Position numbers and translations under genes: made by a program. The notes under the pieces were generated by a model that was not told the origin of the DNA, made no database searches, and worked only from the letters and a program-made list of their open reading frames with translations. Below are positions 15,006 through 24,415 of a DNA stretch of 35,825 nt, piece after piece. The DNA is from a virus. Taxonomy: Duplodnaviria; Caudoviricetes. The DNA lies in IMG/VR virus record IMGVR_UViG_3300037419_001082, positions 1 through 35,825 of that record; one strand, written 5' to 3'. The stretch's first letter is position 1; every line of letters begins with the position of its first letter.

Positions 15006-16061
15006 ATGAGTTTTTTAAATAAGATTGAACCTAATGTACCTAAAGTTGCTCTAGAAAGCTATTTTATGGTACTTCATGCACCTTCAAAATTTGGTAAATC
15101 AACATTTGCTTATGAGTTAGCTAAAAAGCATTATAAAGGCGATTTAAGTAAAATGCTTTTAATTGCTACTGAAAGTGGATTTAATGCTTTAAATGGTGTT
15201 TATGCAGTTAAAGTAAATGATTTTAAAGATGGTGACGAAGATTTAGATACAAGAGGATTTGTTGAAGTTGTTGATGAATTAATCGAAAACAAAAAAGATG
15301 TTCCTTTTAAAATGATTGTAATTGATACTTTATCGGCTCTCGAAGATTTAGCAGAAAAAGAAGTTATTCGTCAACAAAAACGAAAAGGTAAGCAAATTTC
15401 AACAATCGGTGAATTAGCTTATGGTATTGGTTATAACCTTGTTGAAGGATTGGTTGATGAACAAATTACACGATTACGTCAAGCAGGATATGGTGTATTA
15501 GTAATTGCTCACTCTAAAATGAAAAAAGTAGAATTGCAAGATGGTACATCATATGAATTTGCTACATTAAATGCTTTAGGAAAAGTAATGGATGTTATCA
15601 CAAGAGAAGCAGATTTTATTATTTATGGGGATATTACTACTACTCATAATGAAGGTGTTGTTTCATCTAAGCGTGAATTAGTTTTCCGTAGTGCAAATGG
15701 ACATTTATGTGGTACACGATTCAAGCATATGCCTAATCGAATTGATTTTGACATTGATTTATTCCTAGAAACATTTGAAGAAGCAGTTCAAGGGAATTTT
15801 GATGAAGAGATTAATATTGATGAAATGCGTGAAGAAGAATTACAGGCTAGAGAAGATAAGGCAGATAAATTTTTAGAACGCAATTCAGTTCCTAAAACAG
15901 ATGTAATTGCAGAAATTACAGAAGTGATTAGTGCAATGAAGAAAACTCAAAAATTAGAAGCTAAAAAATTAGCAGAATCTACACTTGGTACGATGAATTT
16001 TGATGAAGTTACAGATACATCATTACTAGTTAAATTCCTAGAAGCAGTAAAACAAATTTAA
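15006..16061 (+). CDS. AAA_24 family ATPase (Sak4/YorG-like recombination-replication protein)
   Basis: Walker A APSKFGKST, Walker B IVIDT, GxGY and IAH motifs. Confidence 0.85.
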   Translation: MSFLNKIEPNVPKVALESYFMVLHAPSKFGKSTFAYELAKKHYKGDLSKMLLIATESGFNALNGVYAVKVNDFKDGDEDLDTRGFVEVVDELIENKKDVPFKMIVIDTLSALEDLAEKEVIRQQKRKGKQISTIGELAYGIGYNLVEGLVDEQITRLRQAGYGVLVIAHSKMKKVELQDGTSYEFATLNALGKVMDVITREADFIIYGDITTTHNEGVVSSKRELVFRSANGHLCGTRFKHMPNRIDFDIDLFLETFEEAVQGNFDEEINIDEMREEELQAREDKADKFLERNSVPKTDVIAEITEVISAMKKTQKLEAKKLAESTLGTMNFDEVTDTSLLVKFLEAVKQI

Positions 16062-16073
16062 ATTCAAAATTGA

Positions 16074-16102
16074 TTTACAAATACAATAAATAATGATATA
16101 AC
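16074..16102 (+). promoter_or_regulatory. Sigma-A promoter, conserved-spacer class
   Basis: TTTACA-AATACAATAAATAATGA-TATAAC. Confidence 0.7.
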
Positions 16103-16229
16103 AGAACTTGAAAAAAATTCCAAGTGTTTTTTAAAAACTGTGATAACAGAAACAAGAAAATATTACAAGTGATTTTGGAGTTGGAGAGAAACCAACTCCA
16201 AAAGTCTTATAAAAGAAAGGTGAAGAAGC

Positions 16230-16880
16230 ATGATGAAAAAACTATTGACACCGTTGGTTCTGACAGGACTAGTTGTATCTAATGCTATCTTCATTGACTC
16301 TAATTTAGATTTACAAAGAGAAAATCGTAATCTAAGCGTGACATTAGAACAACAGGTCAATGAAAATGATAGTTTGAAAGAAGCCAATGAGGTTTTAAAG
16401 AACAAAAATGGTGTTCTTTCAAATGAAAGTATTCGATTGAAAGGTCAAGTCAAGGCTTTAGAAAATGAGAATCGAAAACTTGAAAAAGAACTACTACAAC
16501 AGAAGGTGTATCTTAGGAGTAAGCAAGTAGAGACTAATAATTGGAAACCATTTCAAATAACCTTTTATACACCACGTTGGCAAGAGGGAAGTGGGAATCC
16601 TAATATTCCTGTAAAAACCGCAACAGGATATAGGGTTAGTCCTAGTAATTATACATATAAAGGACTTAGAATTATTGCAACCAATAACAAAATCATTCCT
16701 ATTGGCAGTTTAGTAGATATTAAGTTTAATGGTGAAATCCATCATTGTATTGTGTTGGATAATGGTGGTGCAATGAAAAAGAATCCATATTTAATTGATT
16801 TTCTAGTACCAACTGTAAAACAGGCATTTAAGTATGGTCGTCAACATGGACAAGTTAAAATAATCCGTAAAGGATGGTAA
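16230..16880 (+). CDS. Secreted 3D-domain cell-wall protein (lytic-transglycosylase-like)
   Basis: Signal peptide, coiled coil, then ITFY...TATG...IIAT...IPIGSLV...LDNGGAMK...IDFLV...FKYGRQ 3D signature. Confidence 0.85.
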   Translation: MMKKLLTPLVLTGLVVSNAIFIDSNLDLQRENRNLSVTLEQQVNENDSLKEANEVLKNKNGVLSNESIRLKGQVKALENENRKLEKELLQQKVYLRSKQVETNNWKPFQITFYTPRWQEGSGNPNIPVKTATGYRVSPSNYTYKGLRIIATNNKIIPIGSLVDIKFNGEIHHCIVLDNGGAMKKNPYLIDFLVPTVKQAFKYGRQHGQVKIIRKGW

Positions 16881-16882
16881 TA

Positions 16883-17422
16883 ATGAATATTTACGTTGAA
16901 GGATTAGATGGTAGTGGTAAAACAACTACCATTCAAGCATTAAAGAAACGATTAGGTAATTATACAGTAATGAAGGGCAGTAGCTTTGAAATTACATCTC
17001 AAGGGAAAAATATCTTTTTACCATATTTCTACACCTTAACTATGAGAAAGAACTTAATATGTGATAGATTCATATTTAGCAATTGGATTTACGCAACTGT
17101 ATTTTCTGATTATGAAAAATTAGACAAAATTGAATTTGAGTTTCTTCAAAAAGAAATGGCTAAGAATGGATTCATGGTATTTCTTTATTGTTCAGAAGAA
17201 GAAACTAAAAAGAGATTGAAAGTTCGTGGAGAAGATTATGTAAAAGAAAATCAATTACAAATCATTTCCGATTTATATCAAAAAGCAATTACCGAATCGG
17301 TTTCAGAATTGAATATTATGTCGATTGATACAACAAATAAATCAACAGATGAAATTGTAGATGAAATCATTGCTAATATGGAATTTCTTAAAAAATGGAA
17401 ATTTATGAATGAAATGGAGTAA
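16883..17422 (+). CDS. Deoxynucleoside monophosphate (thymidylate-type) kinase
   Basis: IYVEGLDGSGKTT P-loop, ICDRF, RLKVRGE (ORF track 16874). Confidence 0.85.
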   Translation: MNIYVEGLDGSGKTTTIQALKKRLGNYTVMKGSSFEITSQGKNIFLPYFYTLTMRKNLICDRFIFSNWIYATVFSDYEKLDKIEFEFLQKEMAKNGFMVFLYCSEEETKKRLKVRGEDYVKENQLQIISDLYQKAITESVSELNIMSIDTTNKSTDEIVDEIIANMEFLKKWKFMNEME

Positions 17423-17428
17423 TTGCAC

Positions 17429-17623
17429 ATGAGACATATTGAATTTAATACAGAAGAAATTGAAGAATATGTTTATAACAAATTAGTATTACATGGTTTT
17501 GCGGTTACTCAAAAAAATGCAGAAACAATAGCAGAAATCGTATTTGATTATCTTGTGGATAAAGGTGTCGTCACAGAAATTTATGATGAAGATGATGAAT
17601 TTTGGGAAGATGATGAGGATTAA
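17429..17623 (+). CDS. YozD-like small protein
   Basis: TEEIEEYVYNKLV.HG.......ETIAEIVFDYL.DKG resembles the Bacillus YozD family. Confidence 0.6.
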   Translation: MRHIEFNTEEIEEYVYNKLVLHGFAVTQKNAETIAEIVFDYLVDKGVVTEIYDEDDEFWEDDED

Positions 17624-17629
17624 AATTGT

Positions 17630-17661
17630 AGCCAACATATATAGTATGTTGGCTCTTTCTT
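17630..17661 (+). terminator. Intrinsic terminator
   Basis: AGCCAACATA-TATAG-TATGTTGGCT followed by CTTTCTT. Confidence 0.7.
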
Positions 17662-17699
17662 AAATATTAACAATCTATCAAAATATTTTTACAAATCTA

Positions 17700-17728
17700 T
17701 TGACAAATTCATATACAAATGATATAAT
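17700..17728 (+). promoter_or_regulatory. Sigma-A consensus promoter
   Basis: TTGACA N17 TG-TATAAT. Confidence 0.9.
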
Positions 17729-17773
17729 TAATGATAGATAGAGCGATATACAAAAAAATACAAGGGAGAGAAA

Positions 17774-18454
17774 ATGATGAATCAAGAACAATTTTTTGAA
17801 GAAAATATCAATCTAGTACACCATACTCTTAAACGCTATTATCCTAGTTTTAGAGAAGAAAAAGTGAGAGAACCACTTATGGATACAAATTCATATGATG
17901 ATTTATTTCAAATGGGTTGCGTTGGATTATGGAAAGCTATTCAAAAATATGACAGTTCAAAGAGTAGCTTTGGCAATTATGCAATTATAACAATTCGTGG
18001 TGAAATTCAACGATATTTAAATAAAACTCATAAAGGATTTAGTGTTTCATCTGATATTATTAAATCAGTACGCTTCATCGAAAAAACTTTAAAAACAGAA
18101 GGTGAAAGCGGAATCATTAAATCTGAAATCATGAATAGATTTAAATTGTCAGAAAAGATGTATGAAGATGCCTATGAGTTGGCTCTAGAAGGTATTTTGT
18201 TTCTTGATTATCAAATGGAAAATGGGGATAAAATTTCCGATACAATTCCATTTCATGATAATGAATTTGAGATGGCAGATATCCATGAATTCATGAGTCA
18301 TTTGACAGATGATGAACAAAAAGTTATTAAAATGACCGCAGAAGGATACACATTAAGAGAAATTGGAAAAGAAATCGGTTGTAGTGGAGAAAATATTCGT
18401 TTAATGCGATTAAAGATAAATAACAAAGCAAAAGAATCTATGCAAATGGCATAA
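17774..18454 (+). CDS. RNA polymerase sigma-70 family factor (SigF/SigG/SigB-like)
   Basis: NINLVH...DDLFQMGCVGLWKAIQKYD...FGNYA...IRGEI region 2; TLREIGKEIGCS region 4 HTH. Confidence 0.92.
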   Translation: MMNQEQFFEENINLVHHTLKRYYPSFREEKVREPLMDTNSYDDLFQMGCVGLWKAIQKYDSSKSSFGNYAIITIRGEIQRYLNKTHKGFSVSSDIIKSVRFIEKTLKTEGESGIIKSEIMNRFKLSEKMYEDAYELALEGILFLDYQMENGDKISDTIPFHDNEFEMADIHEFMSHLTDDEQKVIKMTAEGYTLREIGKEIGCSGENIRLMRLKINNKAKESMQMA

Positions 18455-18506
18455 TTTTTATTGCAAATTGTTTCATTATTTATTATACTTGTGAGAGGGT
18501 GATATT

Positions 18507-19091
18507 ATGAAAAGTTTTAAATGTCAAGTTTGTGGACACAAAAAAGAAGAAGATTTAATGGAAGTTGTAACAATTGTATCTCCAACTACACAAAAAAAAC
18601 GTAACTTGCGTTATTGTAAAGATGATTGTTATGATTCTTATTTAAAAGAACGAGAGTTTAAAAGAATCGAAAGAGAAGAGTTGGATTATTTAACAGATGT
18701 TATTTTAAAGGTTCATGGTATTGAAGTGATTCCTAAACAATTCTTCCCACATTTACAAGATATTCGCAATGGCTCAATTTTATTCGGAAAAATTAAGCGT
18801 AAACAGAAAAAAGGCTATTCATATAAAGTCATAGCAGAGACATACAAACATGTTGAAGAAAGTATTGATTGGGCAAAGAAAACAAAGACATTCAATGATA
18901 CTATGAGTGAACTAAAATATGGACTAGCTATTGTTTGTAATAATTTAAGTCTTGTACGTGACAAGTTAATAGAACATGAACGACAACAAAAAGTTATTGA
19001 AATTCAACAGGAGAATATGGCAAAGCAAAATGATATTACTCCTAAAAAATCTAGCAATAGAAAGCGAACGGACATCACAAAGTTTCTGTAA
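18507..19091 (+). CDS. Zn-finger replication protein (YorH-like, possible helicase loader/initiator)
   Basis: N-terminal CQVC...YCKDDC; directly upstream of the helicase. Confidence 0.6.
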   Translation: MKSFKCQVCGHKKEEDLMEVVTIVSPTTQKKRNLRYCKDDCYDSYLKEREFKRIEREELDYLTDVILKVHGIEVIPKQFFPHLQDIRNGSILFGKIKRKQKKGYSYKVIAETYKHVEESIDWAKKTKTFNDTMSELKYGLAIVCNNLSLVRDKLIEHERQQKVIEIQQENMAKQNDITPKKSSNRKRTDITKFL

Positions 19092-19100
19092 GGTTGGTGA

Positions 19101-20600
19101 GTGGTAATGGAAGAAATTGAAAAGATAAAGAATAGTGCTAAGATTTCAGAAGCAATGTTTGTTGGTTATCTTTATAAAGATATGGCAAACTTTGTTGAAT
19201 ATCATGATAAAGTTGAAGAAGATGATTTTTTACATAAGGAATGGCGATTCTTTTTCAATTTAGGTAAATATATCTTAGGACAAAAATATAAAACAATTGA
19301 TGATATCGCAATTCAAAAAAGTTTAACTGAATTAAGTTGGATTGATAAATTTGATGAATATGGTGGATATCAGACAATCGAACAAGTTAAAGCGTTAGTA
19401 GAAGATAGTGAGAGCAATACAGAAGTTTACTATGAAGATATCAAGCGTAATAGTACAATTAAAAAGCTAGTGAATTTATTTGGTGTAGATAAAATATTCA
19501 AAAAGAATGGTAACTATGACTATTCGAAAATGAATAAGGATGAAATTGTTGCTTATTGGCAATATCAAGTAAATCAAATTAGTTTGTCAATGGGTGGTAA
19601 ATATGATGTTCAAAACCTTATTACAAGTGCAGATGAACATATTGAAGAATTGAAGCAAGCGGTTGAGGATATGTTACCTTTTACTCATTCAAAATATATG
19701 AATCGTGCAATTGGTGGTGGTACTGCAAGAGGGCATGTTACAATGGTTGGTTCATATGGTAATAATGGTAAATCAACATTCTTAACTGAAAAATTTATCT
19801 TTAGTTGTATTGTACATCAAGAGCCATTATTAGCTATTGTAAATGAGGAAAATGCAGGTGCATTTAGAAATAAACTTCTAGCAGTAGTTATTTTCCATGA
19901 GTTAAATGAATGGACTTTTGACCGTAGTAAATTCTTAACAGGTGACTTTACAGATGATGAATTAGACATTCTAAGAAAAGCATGGAATAGAATACATGAA
20001 TTGACCGAAGGGGATAATTCATTAATCAAAATTGCTTTCTTGGAGAGTTATAATTATAAAGATTTAGAGAATCTTGTTAAAACATATCACTTACAAGGAT
20101 ATGATAATTTGCTAGTTGATACTCATAAAGTTGAAGATGGAGTGACTAGTGATAGATGGATAGCTTTTACTGAAATGACAAAAGCTATTTACAAATTAAC
20201 TAGGAAAGATGCAGGTGGATTAAATCTTAGAACTGTATTATCACTTCAATTAAGTGATGCTTCAATTGGTGCTAGATTCTTAGACTTTAGTACAATTGCA
20301 GAAGGTCGTGCCTCTAAGAATGAAGCGAGTGTTTTCATTGCTTTTCGTAATGTATTCCATGATGAATTGGAAGGTGGAAAGAATGAATTGAAGTGTTGGA
20401 AGTGGGTATCTAAAACAGAGAAAGAAGAATTTACTCTTAAACAGGGTAAGAACTATATGTTATTCTTCATTCCTAAAAACAGGTTTGGTAGTAATTCAAG
20501 TAGTACTGATTGTCCTGTTATTATTATGGAAGCGAATTTCAGATTTGCCTCATTCAAAGAAGTGGGATATTGCATTGTTCCGATGTCTAGTAAATTTTAA
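19101..20600 (+). CDS. DnaB-like replicative helicase
   Basis: Walker A GSYGNNGKST, Walker B LLVDT, QL and KNRFG motifs. Confidence 0.88.
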   Translation: MVMEEIEKIKNSAKISEAMFVGYLYKDMANFVEYHDKVEEDDFLHKEWRFFFNLGKYILGQKYKTIDDIAIQKSLTELSWIDKFDEYGGYQTIEQVKALVEDSESNTEVYYEDIKRNSTIKKLVNLFGVDKIFKKNGNYDYSKMNKDEIVAYWQYQVNQISLSMGGKYDVQNLITSADEHIEELKQAVEDMLPFTHSKYMNRAIGGGTARGHVTMVGSYGNNGKSTFLTEKFIFSCIVHQEPLLAIVNEENAGAFRNKLLAVVIFHELNEWTFDRSKFLTGDFTDDELDILRKAWNRIHELTEGDNSLIKIAFLESYNYKDLENLVKTYHLQGYDNLLVDTHKVEDGVTSDRWIAFTEMTKAIYKLTRKDAGGLNLRTVLSLQLSDASIGARFLDFSTIAEGRASKNEASVFIAFRNVFHDELEGGKNELKCWKWVSKTEKEEFTLKQGKNYMLFFIPKNRFGSNSSSTDCPVIIMEANFRFASFKEVGYCIVPMSSKF

Positions 20601-20617
20601 AAAGGAGTTGAAAACTA

Positions 20618-21700
20618 GTGTCAACAGAATTAGCAGATATTAAAGAATATATATATGAAAATGACCTAGTTTTTGACATTCTTGAAAGTCTTGGTTGCGA
20701 ACATATTAAATTAATCAATGGTCGTTGGGAATGTCAACATGATTATATTTCTGAATGGAATAAAAGAGCAGTACAAGTAAAAAATCAACCAACACTATCA
20801 TGTGCAATTCGTACAAAAGGATTGAACATGGATATATTTGGTTTGATTGGTTATATTGAGTTTAAATTAGATAATGAGAATGAATGGCAATCCAATCTAC
20901 ACAAATCAAAAGATTGGATTTTTTCAACTCTTAATATCGGACACCTATTCAAAGGAAAAACATTTGAAAAAAAACAAAAGACAAATCCTTTAGATTTTTT
21001 AGATGAAATTAAAAAACGGAAAACAGGTATTGTTGATTTAAATGAAGTTACTCCTAATGAATGGTTAGATGATAGTGTTTTAAATGATTATATTCAAGTT
21101 CCGAATGAGGTATTTGAAAATGATTATATTCCATGTTGGGTACAAGATTACTTTGAAATTGGCATTGATTTATGGAGTAAACGTTATACTATACCTATTC
21201 GCTCTCATACAAATGGTAGAATAGTAAGTATAAAAGGAAGAGATATGACAGATGAAAGTGATTATAAATACTTATATCTGTATAATTTCAACAAAAGTAT
21301 CGAATTATATGGGTTATTGCAAAATAAAGATGAAATATTGGAACGAAATCAAATCATTATTTATGAAGCGGAAAAGAGTGTACTTCAATCATTTGGATAT
21401 GAGTATGGAAATGGAGTTGCTATGAGTGGAAGTAGTCTCTCACCTGTTCAAGCACAAATCATTAAAAATCTTTCACTAGATTTAGAAATTGTGATTAGTA
21501 TGGACAGTGAAAAGACGGTGGAAGATTATTTACCAATTATAAAACTATTCTCTAACAGAAATGTTAGTTGCACATATAATTATGACAATTTACTAGATGA
21601 AAGAGAGTCAATTTGTGACAGAGGAAAAGAAATTTTTGAAAAAATATTGGAAAATCGTGTAAAAATTGATACTTCTAAGGTTGACAAATATAATAAATAA
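20618..21700 (+). CDS. DNA primase (TOPRIM)
   Basis: RYTIPIR...GRIVSIKGR...KY.Y...LYGL...IYEAEKS...AMSG...ISMD. Confidence 0.88.
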   Translation: MSTELADIKEYIYENDLVFDILESLGCEHIKLINGRWECQHDYISEWNKRAVQVKNQPTLSCAIRTKGLNMDIFGLIGYIEFKLDNENEWQSNLHKSKDWIFSTLNIGHLFKGKTFEKKQKTNPLDFLDEIKKRKTGIVDLNEVTPNEWLDDSVLNDYIQVPNEVFENDYIPCWVQDYFEIGIDLWSKRYTIPIRSHTNGRIVSIKGRDMTDESDYKYLYLYNFNKSIELYGLLQNKDEILERNQIIIYEAEKSVLQSFGYEYGNGVAMSGSSLSPVQAQIIKNLSLDLEIVISMDSEKTVEDYLPIIKLFSNRNVSCTYNYDNLLDERESICDRGKEIFEKILENRVKIDTSKVDKYNK

Positions 21701-21709
21701 TGATATAAT
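21681..21709 (+). promoter_or_regulatory. Sigma-A promoter, conserved-spacer class
   Basis: TTGACA-AATATAATAAATAATGA-TATAAT. Confidence 0.88.
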
Positions 21710-21757
21710 TAGTAGTGTAATAGAGAATACATAAAAATAGATTGGGAGAGTGCTAAA

Positions 21758-23107
21758 ATGGATTTAAAATATGGTGTCGGTGATAAAGTAGTTCTAAGAG
21801 ATGATTTAGTTGTTCGTGAAATGTATGGGAACATTCATTTTCTTGATTCAATGGGAAAAGCAGTTGGGAAACCACTAACAGTTAAAAAAATTGTAAGTGA
21901 TGAGTGTGGCAAATATTATCGTTTTGAAGAATGTTCTTATGGGTTTAGTTATTCAGAAGAAATGGTTAAAGGATTATTTGAAGAAAAACAAGAAATGGAG
22001 AGTGTAAAAATGAGTAAGTATCAAGTTGGGGATAAAGTAGTAGTTCGTAGTGATTTAGAAAATAAAGATTATGGTGGTCTTTATGCAATGCCTAGTATGG
22101 TTGAATTAGCAGGAGAAACTGTTACAATCACAAACTATGATAGTGTTGCCAATGATTATCGTATTTCAGAAGATAGTGGTGATTGGTTTTGGAATAATGA
22201 AATGTTTGAAGGTTTAGCAGATGTGAAACCAACAACAATTGTATCAACACAAGAACCGATATCAAAATATCGAGTTGGAGATAAAGTTGTAGTAGCAGAT
22301 TTAGACCATAGTGGCTCTTATAATGGTTGGGGAGTAGCAAGTACCATGTTAGATTATATTGGTAAAACAGTAACAATCAAACATGTTAGTCTTAATAGTG
22401 GTTATTCTACTTATCACCTTGAAGAAGTTGGATTCACTTGGACAGATGAAATGTTTGAAGGTTTAGCACCTCAAAAATTAACACAAGTAACTCCACCATT
22501 CAAAATTGGTGATAAAGTAACAGTTCGTGTTGATTTATCGGAAGATGAAGTATATGGTGGTGTTGATGTAACAGAAGAAATGGTTCAATTAGCAGGACAA
22601 ATTGTTACAATCACAGATTTATTAGGTGGAAATGATTATGAAATAAAAGAAGATGGTTATGAATTTATGTGGTCTACTTCTATGTTTGAAGAAGGGGTTA
22701 GTCGAGTTCAAACAACAATTAATGATTATTTAGATGAAGAAATTGAAGAAATTGATGATGAGGATTACGAAGAAGATTATGAAGATTATGATTGGGATGA
22801 TGAACCAACTCAACCTTCACATTCAGAGATTGAAGAAGTTACTCAATCAATGACAAAAACTACTTCTACTCCATCTGAAACTATTAATTATTGGGGTAAA
22901 GGTGCAGGATATGGAATTTACATTAGTCGAGTAATTTACAACAATCCTGTTACGGTAATGTTCTACCGAGATGAAATTGGTGGACGAGAATATAAAGTTG
23001 TTGCAAAAGCACAACATGGAGATGTTTATAACAAAGAAAAAGGATTTGAGGTTGCGTTATTGAAAGCAGTAGTTCGTTCTGCTAAACGTAAACTTAAAAA
23101 ATATTAA
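21758..23107 (+). CDS. Tandem-repeat protein (4 KOW/SH3-like repeats, acidic linker, conserved phage C-terminal domain)
   Basis: Four (Y/F)xVGDKVVVRxDL...M...GxxVTI...W/YxxEMFE repeats; C-terminal VIYNNPVTV...D.YNKEKG domain. Confidence 0.85.
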   Translation: MDLKYGVGDKVVLRDDLVVREMYGNIHFLDSMGKAVGKPLTVKKIVSDECGKYYRFEECSYGFSYSEEMVKGLFEEKQEMESVKMSKYQVGDKVVVRSDLENKDYGGLYAMPSMVELAGETVTITNYDSVANDYRISEDSGDWFWNNEMFEGLADVKPTTIVSTQEPISKYRVGDKVVVADLDHSGSYNGWGVASTMLDYIGKTVTIKHVSLNSGYSTYHLEEVGFTWTDEMFEGLAPQKLTQVTPPFKIGDKVTVRVDLSEDEVYGGVDVTEEMVQLAGQIVTITDLLGGNDYEIKEDGYEFMWSTSMFEEGVSRVQTTINDYLDEEIEEIDDEDYEEDYEDYDWDDEPTQPSHSEIEEVTQSMTKTTSTPSETINYWGKGAGYGIYISRVIYNNPVTVMFYRDEIGGREYKVVAKAQHGDVYNKEKGFEVALLKAVVRSAKRKLKKY

Positions 23108-23113
23108 AATAGT

Positions 23114-23142
23114 AGCCACAAATGAGAGTTTGTGGCTCTCTT
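23114..23142 (+). terminator. Terminator-like hairpin
   Basis: AGCCACAAA-TGAGAG-TTTGTGGCT-CTCTT. Confidence 0.6.
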
Positions 23143-23154
23143 GTGGGTGATAAT

Positions 23155-23343
23155 ATGGATGATATGTTAAAAGATAGAATTGATAAGTTGCAAAAATGTT
23201 TAGAAAATGTTCAATCAGAATTTAATAACGAAAATTATTATAATTTACTTGGTGCATTAGATAGATTGAGAGATTGTACAGAATCGGCAATCTATTTATT
23301 ATTAACAGATGAAGAAAAAATTGATAGAAATAAAATTTTATGA
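23155..23343 (+). CDS. Hypothetical phage protein
   Basis: ORF track 23122..23343; ATG 23155 after GGGTGA. Confidence 0.65.
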   Translation: MDDMLKDRIDKLQKCLENVQSEFNNENYYNLLGALDRLRDCTESAIYLLLTDEEKIDRNKIL

Positions 23344-23353
23344 GGTGAGTGAA

Positions 23354-23446
23354 ATGGAACATGTATTATATTTTCTTGCAGGTTACGGTGCTTTCAGTTT
23401 TGTAAAGGATGTTGTTCAAATCATCATCCTTTCAGTATCAAGATAA
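23354..23446 (+). CDS. Membrane micropeptide (30 aa, not in ORF track)
   Basis: MEHVLYFLAGYGAFSFVKDVVQIIILSVSR; RBS GAGGTG; flanked by sites. Confidence 0.6.
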   Translation: MEHVLYFLAGYGAFSFVKDVVQIIILSVSR

Positions 23447-23490
23447 TTTGATAAAATGGCAATTTTATCAAATTCAAAAGAGGTGAAAAA

Positions 23491-23652
23491 ATGGAAAAAT
23501 TCAAGATTTTACTACCATATGTGATTCCTGTGGTATTTTGGCTCTTAATAGCAATTAATTTATCTAAGGATTTCATGGATTTTTTTGGTTGTGTAGCAAT
23601 GTCATTTTTTGGGATTGTGGTTTGGGAGTTTTTAAATCAAGATTTATCATAA
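23491..23652 (+). CDS. Membrane micropeptide (53 aa, not in ORF track)
   Basis: MEKFKILLPYVIPVVFWLLIAI...; RBS GAGGTG; flanked by sites. Confidence 0.65.
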   Translation: MEKFKILLPYVIPVVFWLLIAINLSKDFMDFFGCVAMSFFGIVVWEFLNQDLS

Positions 23653-23709
23653 AAATATCACAATTTGATAAAAGCAAAATTTTATCAAATCAGAAAAGGA
23701 GAATAAAAA

Positions 23710-23937
23710 ATGATAGTATTATTATATGTTTTATCAATAATTGTTAGTTATTTTTTAACAAGATGGGAATACACATTAGATAAACATTCAGATTTAAATC
23801 CTCATGGACTATTTATTTTCTTTATGCTTGTACCAATTTGGAATATTGTATTTCCGTTAACAGGAATTGTATATCATGCAAAAAAAATTAATCATAAGAA
23901 ATTTTTCATGTTAAAAGATAAAAAGGAGAATAAATAG
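23710..23937 (+). CDS. Small membrane protein
   Basis: 75 aa, two hydrophobic segments, RBS AAGGAG. Confidence 0.75.
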   Translation: MIVLLYVLSIIVSYFLTRWEYTLDKHSDLNPHGLFIFFMLVPIWNIVFPLTGIVYHAKKINHKKFFMLKDKKENK

Positions 23938-24146
23938 TGAAAAAAGCAATTAGAGAAATTTTACTTGAAACAAAAATTAACCTTATTGGTTTTTTAGATG
24001 TTATTTTCTTTGGTGCGACAGTAAATTCAGTTATGTCATTAGTAGATAATGATTTTTTAAAGATAGGAATATTTGTTGTATATCTTTTCGTATCAAGTAT
24101 TCCATTCTATATTTTAAACTGGATTGTTGATAAATTAACTAAATAA
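23937..24146 (+). CDS. Small membrane protein
   Basis: 69 aa, hydrophobic, RBS AAGGAG. Confidence 0.7.
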   Translation: MKKAIREILLETKINLIGFLDVIFFGATVNSVMSLVDNDFLKIGIFVVYLFVSSIPFYILNWIVDKLTK

Positions 24147-24148
24147 TC

Positions 24149-24177
24149 TTGACAAATGTAATAAATAATGATATAAT
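24149..24177 (+). promoter_or_regulatory. Sigma-A promoter, conserved-spacer class
   Basis: TTGACA-AATGTAATAAATAATGA-TATAAT. Confidence 0.9.
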
Positions 24178-24217
24178 AGATAATGTAATCAATAACAATA
24201 AAAAGGAGATTGAAACT

Positions 24218-24403
24218 ATGAAAAATGTTTTACCACGCAGAAAGCGTAGAGAGATTGCTAGAGAAAATAAAGGTGAGTTTTTCCCAATTTACAATGGTAA
24301 AGACCCTATATCTTATGAAGAGTATTATGGTAAAGGTTACGAAAGATTTAATAATAAATTCGTAACAATTAAAGAAGTAGAAGAAGTAGAGAAAGCACAA
24401 TAA
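24218..24403 (+). CDS. Hypothetical phage protein
   Basis: ORF track start 24149 is the -35 box; real start ATG 24218 after AAGGAG. Confidence 0.75.
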   Translation: MKNVLPRRKRREIARENKGEFFPIYNGKDPISYEEYYGKGYERFNNKFVTIKEVEEVEKAQ

Positions 24404-24415
24404 GGAGAGATTAAT

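Larger units (their letters stand above)
23324..23690. repeat. Palindromic site ATAAAA-N6-TTTTAT, cluster B (3 copies)
   Basis: 23324 (variant ATAGAA-ATAAAA-TTTTAT), 23451 (AATTTGATAAAA-TGGCAA-TTTTATCAAATT), 23668 (ATTTGATAAAA-GCAAAA-TTTTATCAAAT). Confidence 0.9.

Noticed and set aside
2508-23690. Interpreting the palindromic sites as intrinsic terminators
   Set aside because: Pure A/T 6-bp stems without GC pairs or a separate U-tract, located within apparent operons directly before RBSs
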